Virus record (IMG/VR): IMGVR_UViG_3300020477_000026
Coordinates: 1-58,283 of that record
Reading direction: 5' to 3' (one strand)
Length of the DNA stretch: 58,283 bases
From: a virus
Taxonomy: Duplodnaviria; Caudoviricetes
The notes under the pieces were generated by a model. It searched no databases. It was not told where the DNA came from and saw only the letters and a program-made list of their open reading frames with translations. How positions within the stretch are numbered: the first letter of the stretch is position 1; every line of letters begins with the position of its first letter. A program made the translations under genes and the position numbers. This document shows positions 26,038-36,557 of this stretch, piece after piece.

Positions 26038-26661
26038 TTAAGCAACAACTGTTTCTGTTACTGCAGTCAAGCCTGACATTACTAGTGATGCAGCTAGGTT
26101 AGTTCCACCACGTACTGTATCAGATATTGTTCCACTGTTAAGTGAAATGTTATGTCCACCTATTGTTAGAACGTCTCCAACAGACAGACTTAAACTTGTC
26201 TTTGTAAACTGCAGTCTGTTTGCATCTGAATTACTTGAATCGTAATCTAGTGTGTAGTCACCTTGACCAGCACTCGATTGGTTACCATTGTCAACTGTGA
26301 ATTGTGGTGTACCAGCAACTGTTACTTCCTCATCGTAAGTTACTTCAACTGTAAGTTGTGCACCACCATCATTAGCAGAGATATCTGTAGATGCAGTTGA
26401 ACCTTTAATAAATCTTATATGAGTAATTGTTGGTGCTCTTAAACCAGTTGTATCAGTTGAACCAGCTAAGTTTCCGATTGCAATTAGTACTTCTTCTTGC
26501 GCAGACGCATTGTCATTGCCTGAAGCAGCAGTACCAGCTTTTTGTACCCATCCTGATTGATTTGCAAAGATATCCTGTTTCTTATAATCTGCATTTTCGT
26601 CAGTAGGGTAATTTTTAGGCTTGTTATCAGCACTAGCGTGCGCTGTTCCCCATAAACCCAT
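26038..26661 (-). CDS. Virion structural protein (Ig-like C-terminus)
   Basis: MGLWG N-terminus; VTYDEEVTVAGTP. Confidence 0.65.
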   Translation of the reverse strand: MGLWGTAHASADNKPKNYPTDENADYKKQDIFANQSGWVQKAGTAASGNDNASAQEEVLIAIGNLAGSTDTTGLRAPTITHIRFIKGSTASTDISANDGGAQLTVEVTYDEEVTVAGTPQFTVDNGNQSSAGQGDYTLDYDSSNSDANRLQFTKTSLSLSVGDVLTIGGHNISLNSGTISDTVRGGTNLAASLVMSGLTAVTETVVA

Positions 26662-26783
26662 TAGTCTTCTCCTTTAGTTAGTGTCTTCATATATTCAGAC
26701 GTTTTTTGTAATTTCAATTTCCCATATTTATCTGTAAGCCGAGCTTCTTCTTCCTTCGACTCTTTTTTCTTTGGTTCAGCCAT
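26661..26783 (-). CDS. 40-aa hypothetical protein
   Basis: TAATG overlaps at both ends. Confidence 0.45.
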   Translation of the reverse strand: MAEPKKKESKEEEARLTDKYGKLKLQKTSEYMKTLTKGED

Positions 26784-29761
26784 TAGTTATAGTGTCCTGA
26801 AGCTGATCTCACACCATGACGTTTTGATTGTGTTTTATCAATAGCCATTGGATCTTTCTTTTGGTGAGCCGGACTCTTTGATAAGTCATGGCCACCAGCT
26901 ACAACACCTAATGCTTTTGGAGAATGTTTCATGTGCTTTTGCATTTCTTCTTTTTCAGCCGGCTTGGCTTGATTATACCTATGCAAAGCAGCCTGTGCAA
27001 CAGTTGGGTGGACCTTTTGCTTTCCACTATCAAAGTGCACACCATCATGGTTATGACCAACAGAAACAACTTTTCTCAATTGCATGGCAATATGTTCTGG
27101 CTCTTCTTTAGATGACTTTGTCACTCTATGACCAGAACGCTCAGTTTCACCAACCTTGGCTCCTCCACCTTTACGAGCTTCTTCAATCTCTTCGATTGCT
27201 TCTTGCTGCTCTGGTGTGTAATCTTCTTTCATTTTCTTCTTTTTGTGACCATGGTTCATTTCAGAAATGACTTCGAGGTCATTACTATCAACAATTTCAA
27301 TACCATGTTCAAACTGTACACTATACCAAGCTACTTCTCCATCAACTGGATCAGCATGCTCTCCATGAACACACTCACCTTCACCATACTGTTCATGAGC
27401 AACCTGCTTCATGCACATATGTTGTACATTGGCTGGATTCTCATCTGCTTCAGCTAGTGCGGCAAGTTCTTCATCTGACCAAAATGTTTCAGCATGTTCT
27501 CGAGCTACGGCATGACCACCTTTCTCTTTACTCTTCATATGGTCCGACTTATTGTAGAACTTCTTGGCAATTGACATATACTTTGCAGCAACTTCTGAGT
27601 TTCCAGAGCTACCAGCTTGTTTAGCTTTCTGGTAGTAATGCTTAGCAAGTTCTGCAGCCTGACCTGCACTTCTTACTTTTTCATCTCCAGCGCCTTCTTC
27701 AATTGTAATTTCAGTTTCTTCGTTATGTCTTTGAAGTTGTTTTTGAATCTTGGGATGGTCCGAGATACCAGGAGTTATCTTCTCCATTTTCTTAACAGCA
27801 CCAGTCATATTGCCACCAGAATATCTCTTGTCAGCAACAATACCAGCGGCTTGTTTAATTTGGTCTGACGTAAAACCAGAAGGCTTCTTTTTGAATGTCT
27901 TCATTCCATCACCAGAAGCCATGCGTTTCATAGCACCTTCTTTCATGGCTTTTTTGATAGCCTTACGACGATTGTGAAGATACTTGTCAGATTTATCTAC
28001 GTCACCATCGTTGTCAATGTCATCATCTTCTTTACCAACTGGATCAAGTTTTCCTTTGCCTCTCAATCCTTGGGTGAAGTCCATCTTTGGAGCCTTCATG
28101 GTAAAATTTCTTTCCATGATGTCCTCATAGTCATCAAGGAATGCATTAACCTGTGTTGACAAACCAATGCTTTCTTCAATTTCAACTTCTTCAGAAGCAT
28201 ATGCAGGTTTGCCCATATTGGCTCTTTGCTTTTTAGCTTGATCTTTGACAGCTTTAAGTTTTTGTTTTGCCAAACTTGCAGCAGCCTTTTGTTGAGCTAT
28301 CTTTTTCTGAGCCTGCATCTTAGCTTGAATTTTATCCGTCTTAGCTTGGATCTTTTGTGTTTTTCTTTCAGCAGCATCTGCACGACCTTGGGTCGACATT
28401 CTACCAGCTGCCATTCTACCAAGTTTCATGGCTCCTCTACCAGCAGCCATGGCTCCTTTACCAGCTATTTTAGCGGTACCCATAACTGCTTTACCGCCTA
28501 ATCTTGCCATTGCACCGACAAGCTCTTCTAGCTCTTCGTAAGAGGCTTCGTTGATTAAATTATCGAATTCATCATCCGACATCTCAACTACATAGTCAAG
28601 CATTTCCTCGGTGAACATTTCGTTGTAGTCAACACCTTCTTCAACAGACTTCTTTTGCTTTGAAGAAGTCATACGATGATGGCTATATAGATCATCATCA
28701 TTTTCCCTTTTCTTAGCTATAGCAGCCCTGATTCTCTCAGCTCCAGCTTTCTGTCTTGCAGTTGCCATTGGAGCTGCTTCATCAACTTCGATATCTTCTT
28801 TAGCAACCTTTTTACGAGACATAGCGTCTTTGAAAGCCTGTGCTCCACCAGTTCTTGGACCACTGGGTTTCGGCCGAGCATAGGCCTGACCTTTATTGAT
28901 CTTTTTCATAAGAGCCATATAGCCTTTAGTAACTCCAGCTCTATTGTAGAATGAGTCTTTGGCTTCATCAACTTCGATGTCTTCCTTAGCAACCTTTTTC
29001 TTTTTCATGTCGTTAAGGTTGAATTTCTCACCCTTCCTATTCATCCGGATGCCTTTTTTCCAATCATCTTTCGAAACGCCTTTGTCACCATACATTTCTC
29101 TATGAGCATACCATCCGTCATCAACTTCCATTTCGTCAATATCATCATCTTCTTTAATACCAGCAACGGTTCTCTTGACAATTTCCTTACCACCTTGAGC
29201 AGTGCCTTTAGCGGTTGATACAGTACCGGCTGCACCACCTTTACCGGTGTCTTTCAAGCCACCCACAACACCTTTACCGGCTGCTACAGCACCTCCGGCA
29301 ACACCTTTTGCAGCTCCCTTAGTAGCAGCTGCTGTTCCACCAGCAACACTACCAGCAACCTTACCTGTTGTCCTTGCGGCACCACCAGCAACCTTGCCAG
29401 CAGTCTTCATCGTACCACCAGCAACCTTACCAGCTACTCTTGCTGTACCACCAACAGCTTTACCAGCTGCTTTTGCTGCACCACCAATGGCGCTACCAAT
29501 TGCACCACCAATGCTTTCTTTTACATGCCTGACCCTAACACCAGAATCTTTGGCATCATCAACTTCTGTATCAGAAAGTTTCTCTCCAACTTTGATACCA
29601 CCATGAGCTGCTAGCTTCTTGCCAACTGCCTTGACAGTATAGTGTGTTCCATTAGGGTGAGGCTCGAGATGCATCTCCATTGCCTCTAGTACTTCTTCTT
29701 CGTTATCTAAAACAGCCTTAGCTGCATCTAAGACGCTATCTGAAAATCCAAACCTGTTCAT
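26783..29761 (-). CDS. 992-aa Lys/Gly-rich putative internal head polyprotein
   Basis: Basic blocks separated by (I/L/V)-x-E sites; KKVAKEDIEVDEA occurs twice; DDDIDNDGDVDKSD motif. Confidence 0.7.
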   Translation of the reverse strand: MNRFGFSDSVLDAAKAVLDNEEEVLEAMEMHLEPHPNGTHYTVKAVGKKLAAHGGIKVGEKLSDTEVDDAKDSGVRVRHVKESIGGAIGSAIGGAAKAAGKAVGGTARVAGKVAGGTMKTAGKVAGGAARTTGKVAGSVAGGTAAATKGAAKGVAGGAVAAGKGVVGGLKDTGKGGAAGTVSTAKGTAQGGKEIVKRTVAGIKEDDDIDEMEVDDGWYAHREMYGDKGVSKDDWKKGIRMNRKGEKFNLNDMKKKKVAKEDIEVDEAKDSFYNRAGVTKGYMALMKKINKGQAYARPKPSGPRTGGAQAFKDAMSRKKVAKEDIEVDEAAPMATARQKAGAERIRAAIAKKRENDDDLYSHHRMTSSKQKKSVEEGVDYNEMFTEEMLDYVVEMSDDEFDNLINEASYEELEELVGAMARLGGKAVMGTAKIAGKGAMAAGRGAMKLGRMAAGRMSTQGRADAAERKTQKIQAKTDKIQAKMQAQKKIAQQKAAASLAKQKLKAVKDQAKKQRANMGKPAYASEEVEIEESIGLSTQVNAFLDDYEDIMERNFTMKAPKMDFTQGLRGKGKLDPVGKEDDDIDNDGDVDKSDKYLHNRRKAIKKAMKEGAMKRMASGDGMKTFKKKPSGFTSDQIKQAAGIVADKRYSGGNMTGAVKKMEKITPGISDHPKIQKQLQRHNEETEITIEEGAGDEKVRSAGQAAELAKHYYQKAKQAGSSGNSEVAAKYMSIAKKFYNKSDHMKSKEKGGHAVAREHAETFWSDEELAALAEADENPANVQHMCMKQVAHEQYGEGECVHGEHADPVDGEVAWYSVQFEHGIEIVDSNDLEVISEMNHGHKKKKMKEDYTPEQQEAIEEIEEARKGGGAKVGETERSGHRVTKSSKEEPEHIAMQLRKVVSVGHNHDGVHFDSGKQKVHPTVAQAALHRYNQAKPAEKEEMQKHMKHSPKALGVVAGGHDLSKSPAHQKKDPMAIDKTQSKRHGVRSASGHYN

Positions 29762-30045
29762 TTTGTGTCTCCTTTTTGAACTCTGTTTCTTAACCTTCTG
29801 AAGATTTCGTTGTCGTCCTCAACAGCGTCCATGAAAATTGATAGTAATTTGTATAGTTTCTTTCGTAATCTTGGAACCATTAGACTTTTTTCACCAGTCC
29901 TAATAGCTCGTCTCATCAATTCCAGATCTTTACGATCTTCCATACCAAGTAATAACAATCGTTGCAAGTTCTTGGGTACGACATTTTCATCAAGGTCCTG
30001 TGCAAGTTCTTCATGTTTATTTATAAATTCTTCGAACTTCTTCAT
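29758..30045 (-). CDS. Hypothetical protein (MKKFEEFI capsid-targeting-like N-terminus)
   Basis: Resembles the T4 internal-protein leader MKTYQEFI. Confidence 0.55.
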   Translation of the reverse strand: MKKFEEFINKHEELAQDLDENVVPKNLQRLLLLGMEDRKDLELMRRAIRTGEKSLMVPRLRKKLYKLLSIFMDAVEDDNEIFRRLRNRVQKGDTK

Positions 30046-30293
30046 TAGCTTTCTACCTTAGAACCCGCTCTCCACTGCTTGCAACTCCAATATCTAGCTT
30101 TTGTTCTAGGGCCTGGATTGTCACAATTATGCCGTGCACGAAAAGACTTTCTCCGTTTAGGGGAATCCCTTTTAATTGATAGGTTTGGATCACCAAACCT
30201 TACTGTTTTATCATTACCAGTTTTAGGATCCTTTACAGTAACTTTAAACTTCTTAGGACCACCTGGTGTTCTTTGAATCTTACCGTATGCCAT
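30045..30293 (-). CDS. Small basic conserved phage protein
   Basis: VRFGDP...RRKSFRARHNC...ARYWSC..W. Confidence 0.7.
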   Translation of the reverse strand: MAYGKIQRTPGGPKKFKVTVKDPKTGNDKTVRFGDPNLSIKRDSPKRRKSFRARHNCDNPGPRTKARYWSCKQWRAGSKVES

Positions 30294-33200
30294 TAGCTTG
30301 GATCCTTCTCTTCATATCTTGCAAATGGTCGACCACCATCTATTGAGTAATGCTTTGGTCTATTTTTATAAGACAGCTTCTTGATAGAATACCCCTTTGC
30401 CTTCATATCTTTATGAATTTTATGAGCAGACACTTCTTTGTTTGTGCTCTCAGGACTTCTTGAAAGTCCTCTATCTGTATCAACTTTCTTCAAAGGAATC
30501 TTTTTCTTTACAGTATGATACGTTCCATCATTCTTACCAGGCATACTATATGTGCCTTTGTGGTATTCTACTGTAGCGTGATGATCATCATCCTCCTTCA
30601 CTTCTTCTTTAGTATAACCTTGCCTTCTCATTTTTTTCTCAGTAGCAGACATCGACTCTTTTTTCTTCGGAGTCACCATCCTCATAAGAGGTGCATTCTT
30701 ATAAGCCTTTGTCATAAGAGTATTGATTGCTTTAGCCATTGCCTGGTGTTGTCTCAAAGTAGCAGCAGGCCCCATCTTATATGCTTCTAACTGCTCACCA
30801 TCAGGCTCATAGCTATTCATTTGAGATTTTTTCATACCGTGATGCACACTTGCATCAAAGGCACCTGACTTACCTACTGTAGATGGATTCTTTAAAGGAT
30901 CAGCATAATTAGCTTTTTTCTTCAACTTCTTCTCTGCTCTTTCTCCACCTTCAAATCTTTTTGTTTGTCTATGAGCATCTTTTTTGCCATATAAAAAATC
31001 TATATAAGGATCCTCTTTTTCTGTACCAGAGTGTTTGTCATACTTCTTAGCAGTTTTAAGTGCATCACCTTGAGATTTCAAGTGATAGCTTGCTAATGTT
31101 TTTGTACTGAGTTCTAACAAATCAGCGCCTGATCTTTCTTCGTTTTTGCTATCTTTTTTCTGATCCGGTTTTTCACGTTTTTTCTTCAATCGATTCAAAA
31201 ATTCAGTCCGTTTTTGCATATCAGAATGATCACTTCTCCAATCTTCATTGGTATCTGGCTTCTTAGCTTTGTGTGCAGCCTCATGATCCTTCACCAGTTT
31301 GTCAACGGCCTTTTCTCTTTTTCTCTGTTTCATCTTGTCATGGATCTTTTTAGCAGCATAAAGACCAGCACCTGCAACTACAGCCTTACCAGCATGATCA
31401 CCAACTTTGGCTCCAATATCTTGACCAGTCATCATGCCATCCCAGCCACCAACTGCACCACCAATTGTACCACCAGCAACTCTTCCCATTTGTCTCCCGA
31501 CGAATCCTTCCTGTTGAGCGTCGTTGTGCATAATATCAGCAAACTTTTGGCCTTCTTTAGAAGATTGTTTCTTACTTATTTTCCAACCTTGCTTTTGATT
31601 ATGATGAACGAGTTTACCTAAAGTTGTTTTCTTTGCACCACTAGGATGTTCCAAATCTACTGATACTTCACTTATTTGACCTGAATTCACTTTCTTTTCA
31701 GCTTCCTTTTCAGCCGCTTGTCTCTTTATCAATTTATCAAGAGCTTTTTCTCTTCTTCTCTTTTTTATCTTGTCAGCAATCCCTTTACCAGCACCGGCAG
31801 CAGCGCCAATCCCTGCTCCTACTGGGCCACCCGTTACGGCGCCAATTGCACCGCCCAAAACCGCTTTCCCGATAACTCCTTCGTCAACATCACTTTTAGC
31901 ATCTTTATCTAAAACTTTCTTTTCTTTGACCTGTTGCATTGGTGGATTTAAAAACAACTTGACATTGCCTTTTTGTTTACCCTTTGGCTCTGGCTTTGCA
32001 GCAGCTCCTGGTGCATCTGTGTTTTGGTCTTGAGGAGCGTTCTCCTTAACAGTTTTCGTCGTATTCTTTTTGAAGTCTTTGAGGCCTGGTCGTGACCGCG
32101 GGAACGCGTACTTTTGCTTCTTCATTAAGTCAGCTAATTCTTTACCAGCTGGGATAGGATCTTTACGATTAGTCCATCCAGCTTCATCAACTTGCTTAAC
32201 TTTCTTTTTCGATTGGATTACTTTGTCACCAGTCGTTCCTGCATTTGTTGTTGCACCACTACCCATTGACTGATAGTTTTCTTGTGACCAACTAACAGCG
32301 CTTTTTGCTTTAGGAAAAGCCTTGTTTTGTTTCTTTGGATCTTGCTTTATCCTATAGGATGTCTTATAGGATTTTCGTTTTCCTTCACTATCACCAGCTT
32401 TAACATTATAGTTTTGTTGGCTATATGCTTCAAATTGATCATCCTCACTAACACCAACTTTTGCCTTTGAAACTTTCTTAGCGGTTGTACCTAGATGACC
32501 TGATTTTGCCAACTTATCATGAGCTAATTTAACACCAGAATATCTGTTGTCTACTTTCTTAGTAGACAGCTTTCTGTGCCCTCTAGCATCTGATGCTTTT
32601 GTTGAATATTCAGAAGCTGTCTTGGCTGAGATCTCAGCAACTGGACGATACCCATCACCACTTTCACCAGGTGTTGCTTTCTTCCAGAATGCAGTAGCCT
32701 CTGGTGTACCCCAATCGAGTACATACTCAACTAAGTCTGGACGTGCAAGGAATGCATTGAGTTTGTTCCATGCAACTTGTTGAGGTGTATGCCTACTATT
32801 CTTATCCCATTCTTGAATCCCTGCATCGTATACTTCTTTGAGTACACTATATGGAACATTGTGCTCAATAGCCTTTTCTGTTAGCTTTTTAACTTCTTTC
32901 TCAGACAATACATAGTCATTGCACATAATACTATCAACAAACTTGAAGATTGTTTCTTCTACTGTTGGTTGAGCTTTGGCAGGACGCTTGTTTGCTGTTC
33001 TTGCATTGATCTCTTTATATTTTTCTTTTGTTTTGAAAGCAGGAGTTTTCTTGGCCACATCAACACTAACTGGTGTTGGTGTCTCGAGCAAATTGATGTA
33101 CTCAGAGAAAACTTCATTAACTTTCTTTGTTCCACGACTTTTCAGTCTTATTAGTTCTGCCTTTCTCATAACTGGTAGCATCCTCTTTGCTATACGATTG

Positions 33201-35146
33201 ACGATGGCTTGCTTTTTAGCAACCCTTTGATCAACCATAATTTTCTCTTGGGGTGTTAATTTATAGTACTGCACTCCTTTCTTACCAGCAACACGCTTAC
33301 GTATTGCACGAATGGCTGCCTTACGAGCTCTTTGAGCTATATTCTTTTCAGGTGCCTTTCTACGAGCCATCATTCTTTTGGCACGAATCATTTTTGGACG
33401 GTGGCGTCTCATTATCATCTTACGTTGAATTCTTTGCTTGTATGTTAATGCTTCGTCAATTTCACCTTCATTAGTAAAGTCTTCAAATGCCTCGTTTGCT
33501 TTCTTAGCTACTGATGTGGCAATTGCCATTTTCTTGTCCATAGGCATGTTTGGATTATCCCTTTTTATTGCTTGAGCCACTTCTTCTCTTTTTCGTTTCT
33601 CAGCGGCAGTTAATATTTTTTCTTTTATATCCTTCTTTGATCTAATTGTACCTGTAAATGGAGCATCTTTTCTAGCAGACGGAGTTACAGTTGGACCTGA
33701 AAGGTACGGACCTTCTAAAATGGTCGACTCATTCATAGCATGTTTCTTTGCAATATCCTTAGCGTGATGATCAATATCTATATGAGATTTTTCATGTTTG
33801 TGTAAATTAAAAACAACTGTATGGCTATAATTCACCTTACCTGTTTTTTTGTTTGTGCCATGATTTTTAACTCTCATACGATATTGCGTATCACCATTTA
33901 GAGGCTTAGTTCCAAGTTTACCGTGATCTTTATCGGTATGATGTAATCCGGAACCACCAATTTGCATGTAAGGAGTTTTACGATCCTTTCCATAATGATC
34001 TCTAATAGCATGCGTGCCTGTTACCGTATGATATATGTTGCCATGCTTTTTTCGATCCTTATGGTAGTCACCAGAAGGCTTGCCAATCTTTTCGTTAATG
34101 TGAGGAAGAAAGTTCTTTTCAATATGCTTTGCTGTCTTAGGATAATCTCTCTTTGAAGATGCCTTTACCTTCCACGACTTACCATCATGATGCAGTCCAA
34201 TTTGACCCATCATAGCACTTTTGTTCTGTTTAATCTCAAGATTGTGATGTTTACCACTAGCATGAATTGTTCCGTCAGGGGCATCTGTAGAGGAACCAGC
34301 ACTACCTTGACCCTTCTTTTGCAAGCCATGCTTTTGAAGGTGGCCGTTTACCTGTCTTTCATAAGCAAAGCCGCCTTCTGCTTTCTTTTCTGTAATGTAC
34401 TCTTCAAACTGCTCATCTGCTCTGGAAGGACGTTTCATTATACCTAACTTTCTATCTAATGCAGCACCATGCAGCTTGTCCTGCATCTTTTTTCTTTTTG
34501 TCTTTGGTTGTTCTCTAGGATCTTTACGTGCAAAAGCTCTTTGCTGGAATGGTGATAGCTTAAAGTTAACGATTTCTTCAATCTCTTCATTAACATGTTT
34601 CATTATTTCATGAGCATGTGGATGCAAGGCTTTAGGTAAGCCTTTCTTAAATGACTTGTGATCATTAGACTTTGCATGAGCACGCATCTTAGTGCCAGAA
34701 ATACCTTCTGTACCTTCTGCGTCAGGATCTCTTTTGCCTGCTGAATGAATTTTGATTGATTTGTAGTTGTAGTGTCCATGAGAACCCTTCTTACCATTAT
34801 ACTTGTGAAGAAGGGAATGAAACTCTTTTTCACGATCTCCGGCAGCTACAACAGTCAAATGATCATGACCAGCTGCGTGTAGACGTGAGGCATGGTGCAG
34901 TAAAGTAGGATGTTCTTTAGATGAAACAGATACGTTTACACCTTTAGGAGCAACCTTCTTTAAATAACCTAGCTTTTTGTGGGGGTGAATGGGATTCTTT
35001 TCTTTGTCATGGCTATGAGACGCAATAACGTGTGCAGACGCACCCTGGCGTTTGGCCTCTTTATGCACCGCGTGCATCAATTTTTCGTGGCCTGTAGTTG
35101 GAGGATTCATCCTTCCAAAGGCCATGACAGCTCTTTTTTCCGTCAT
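30293..35146 (-). CDS. 1617-aa multidomain protein: N-terminal cytidylyltransferase-like (HxGH) domain, PD-(D/E)xK-like domain, basic modules
   Basis: FGRMNPPTTGHEKL, SAGKRDPDAEG, ISGTKMR; PDG...LEIK; late promoter upstream. Confidence 0.75.
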   Translation of the reverse strand: MTEKRAVMAFGRMNPPTTGHEKLMHAVHKEAKRQGASAHVIASHSHDKEKNPIHPHKKLGYLKKVAPKGVNVSVSSKEHPTLLHHASRLHAAGHDHLTVVAAGDREKEFHSLLHKYNGKKGSHGHYNYKSIKIHSAGKRDPDAEGTEGISGTKMRAHAKSNDHKSFKKGLPKALHPHAHEIMKHVNEEIEEIVNFKLSPFQQRAFARKDPREQPKTKRKKMQDKLHGAALDRKLGIMKRPSRADEQFEEYITEKKAEGGFAYERQVNGHLQKHGLQKKGQGSAGSSTDAPDGTIHASGKHHNLEIKQNKSAMMGQIGLHHDGKSWKVKASSKRDYPKTAKHIEKNFLPHINEKIGKPSGDYHKDRKKHGNIYHTVTGTHAIRDHYGKDRKTPYMQIGGSGLHHTDKDHGKLGTKPLNGDTQYRMRVKNHGTNKKTGKVNYSHTVVFNLHKHEKSHIDIDHHAKDIAKKHAMNESTILEGPYLSGPTVTPSARKDAPFTGTIRSKKDIKEKILTAAEKRKREEVAQAIKRDNPNMPMDKKMAIATSVAKKANEAFEDFTNEGEIDEALTYKQRIQRKMIMRRHRPKMIRAKRMMARRKAPEKNIAQRARKAAIRAIRKRVAGKKGVQYYKLTPQEKIMVDQRVAKKQAIVNRIAKRMLPVMRKAELIRLKSRGTKKVNEVFSEYINLLETPTPVSVDVAKKTPAFKTKEKYKEINARTANKRPAKAQPTVEETIFKFVDSIMCNDYVLSEKEVKKLTEKAIEHNVPYSVLKEVYDAGIQEWDKNSRHTPQQVAWNKLNAFLARPDLVEYVLDWGTPEATAFWKKATPGESGDGYRPVAEISAKTASEYSTKASDARGHRKLSTKKVDNRYSGVKLAHDKLAKSGHLGTTAKKVSKAKVGVSEDDQFEAYSQQNYNVKAGDSEGKRKSYKTSYRIKQDPKKQNKAFPKAKSAVSWSQENYQSMGSGATTNAGTTGDKVIQSKKKVKQVDEAGWTNRKDPIPAGKELADLMKKQKYAFPRSRPGLKDFKKNTTKTVKENAPQDQNTDAPGAAAKPEPKGKQKGNVKLFLNPPMQQVKEKKVLDKDAKSDVDEGVIGKAVLGGAIGAVTGGPVGAGIGAAAGAGKGIADKIKKRRREKALDKLIKRQAAEKEAEKKVNSGQISEVSVDLEHPSGAKKTTLGKLVHHNQKQGWKISKKQSSKEGQKFADIMHNDAQQEGFVGRQMGRVAGGTIGGAVGGWDGMMTGQDIGAKVGDHAGKAVVAGAGLYAAKKIHDKMKQRKREKAVDKLVKDHEAAHKAKKPDTNEDWRSDHSDMQKRTEFLNRLKKKREKPDQKKDSKNEERSGADLLELSTKTLASYHLKSQGDALKTAKKYDKHSGTEKEDPYIDFLYGKKDAHRQTKRFEGGERAEKKLKKKANYADPLKNPSTVGKSGAFDASVHHGMKKSQMNSYEPDGEQLEAYKMGPAATLRQHQAMAKAINTLMTKAYKNAPLMRMVTPKKKESMSATEKKMRRQGYTKEEVKEDDDHHATVEYHKGTYSMPGKNDGTYHTVKKKIPLKKVDTDRGLSRSPESTNKEVSAHKIHKDMKAKGYSIKKLSYKNRPKHYSIDGGRPFARYEEKDPS

Positions 35147-35191
35147 CAGGTTTTCCTCGGACTAGACTGATTCTGAGATATATTCAAGAAC

Positions 35192-35199
35192 TATTTATA
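35192..35199 (-). promoter_or_regulatory. T4-type late promoter TATAAATA
   Basis: Exact consensus upstream of the 1617-aa gene. Confidence 0.75.
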
Positions 35200-35212
35200 A
35201 GAATATCATTCT

Positions 35213-35452
35213 TTAGTAAGCGTTGGCTCTGGCTTCATTTTTCTCTTGGATACGCATAGCATCCCAGTTTTCTCTGGCTTCGTCCCAAAGGTCTGGATTG
35301 CCTGCTTCTGCCCAAAGAATATATGCTAAACGGATCGAATCACGATCAGCTACATCATGGTGAAAGTCTTCGTCAGCTTCGATCATTGCCTCTGCAGCAC
35401 CGAGATAATTTTCCTTCACCTCGTCGTGCATGGCTCTAATTGGTACACTCAT
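35213..35452 (-). CDS. Hypothetical protein
   Basis: AGGAG SD. Confidence 0.6.
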   Translation of the reverse strand: MSVPIRAMHDEVKENYLGAAEAMIEADEDFHHDVADRDSIRLAYILWAEAGNPDLWDEARENWDAMRIQEKNEARANAY

Positions 35453-35461
35453 AATAGTCTC

Positions 35462-36214
35462 CTAATTGATTAGTGTAAATGGATTTAATTTCTTTGTGCC
35501 TGGGGCTACGGAGTATTTAGAAGATCTCGAAACGCTCTTTGCTTTTAACTCTGATTGCAGCTCAAAATTCCCTGTTCTGCTACCAACTCTAAGCATAATA
35601 CGATTAGATCCCGTCTTAAACAGAGGAATCTCGTTTCCCAGGCCCAATGGATCCTTTCCACCTATTCTATAAAAATCATCTCCTGTTTGCATGTAATATG
35701 CTGGTTCAGCCTTACCAAAATTGTAATGTAATGTTGCAATGTAACCTATGTCAACATTAATGGTCTCTCCAATATTCTTTGTAGGTTGAGTAGCAAGGTA
35801 CTCTTTCATCTGTTCAGGGGAAACACTATGTGGCTGAGATCTCTCAGTCTTCGTACTATACATTGACAGCTTATCAGGATCAAAGGAATACTTCTCTGCC
35901 ATGTACTTTTTAATGTCAGCAACCCAATCTTTTATGTTAGGGCTCTTGTTGATTTCTTTCAACAAGGCATCAGTAGCCCGAGACTTAGCATCGGGTTTCA
36001 CCTGCCACATACCATCATCATAAAAATATCTAATATTGTGTAGGTTATCTGTATGATTCATTTTAACTTCGACCCATGTTGAACTTGGGCCTGTAATTAA
36101 TATATCTGAATATTTTGAACTCACCTTTGGTCTTGTAGCATTAAAGCCTTCTGGTAACCCATTATCTATTTCACGAGCAACATCAATCTCATACAGCTCG
36201 TCTCTTCGGGCCAT
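35462..36214 (-). CDS. PD-(D/E)xK-like nuclease-fold protein
   Basis: YE...YSDI...WVEVK; resembles the internal domain of 30293-35146 (YMQ.G...G..PL). Confidence 0.5.
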   Translation of the reverse strand: MARRDELYEIDVAREIDNGLPEGFNATRPKVSSKYSDILITGPSSTWVEVKMNHTDNLHNIRYFYDDGMWQVKPDAKSRATDALLKEINKSPNIKDWVADIKKYMAEKYSFDPDKLSMYSTKTERSQPHSVSPEQMKEYLATQPTKNIGETINVDIGYIATLHYNFGKAEPAYYMQTGDDFYRIGGKDPLGLGNEIPLFKTGSNRIMLRVGSRTGNFELQSELKAKSVSRSSKYSVAPGTKKLNPFTLIN

Positions 36215-36555
36215 TATACTTCTTTCTGATTAACTCCTCTGACTTTAAATGGCCAGAATCCAACCCCTACGGATTCTAGCCAAGTCTTTGTATATTCAGA
36301 GTTCTTGTGATAGTTTTGCTCAGAAGTAAACCATTGTGTTTGATACATCTCTATGATACCAACATCATTTTGCTTCAGGACGTATGAAACGGGCAGGTCG
36401 ACTTTATAGCCTTTCCTGATCCCTATCTGCTTAAACTCTTGTAGTAGCTTTTTGCCAAGGTGATCCTCAAAATGAGCCTTCTTCCATGAATCTATTGTCC
36501 ATGGTTCATCCGGCTCATCTAATGAGGATTGTAAAGCAATTGTCACTTGCCACAT
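36214..36555 (-). CDS. Hypothetical protein, paralog of 36558-36890
   Basis: W..DSWK..HF.D.LG...Q.F.SE..YH. Confidence 0.6.
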   Translation of the reverse strand: MWQVTIALQSSLDEPDEPWTIDSWKKAHFEDHLGKKLLQEFKQIGIRKGYKVDLPVSYVLKQNDVGIIEMYQTQWFTSEQNYHKNSEYTKTWLESVGVGFWPFKVRGVNQKEV

Positions 36556-36557
36556 TA

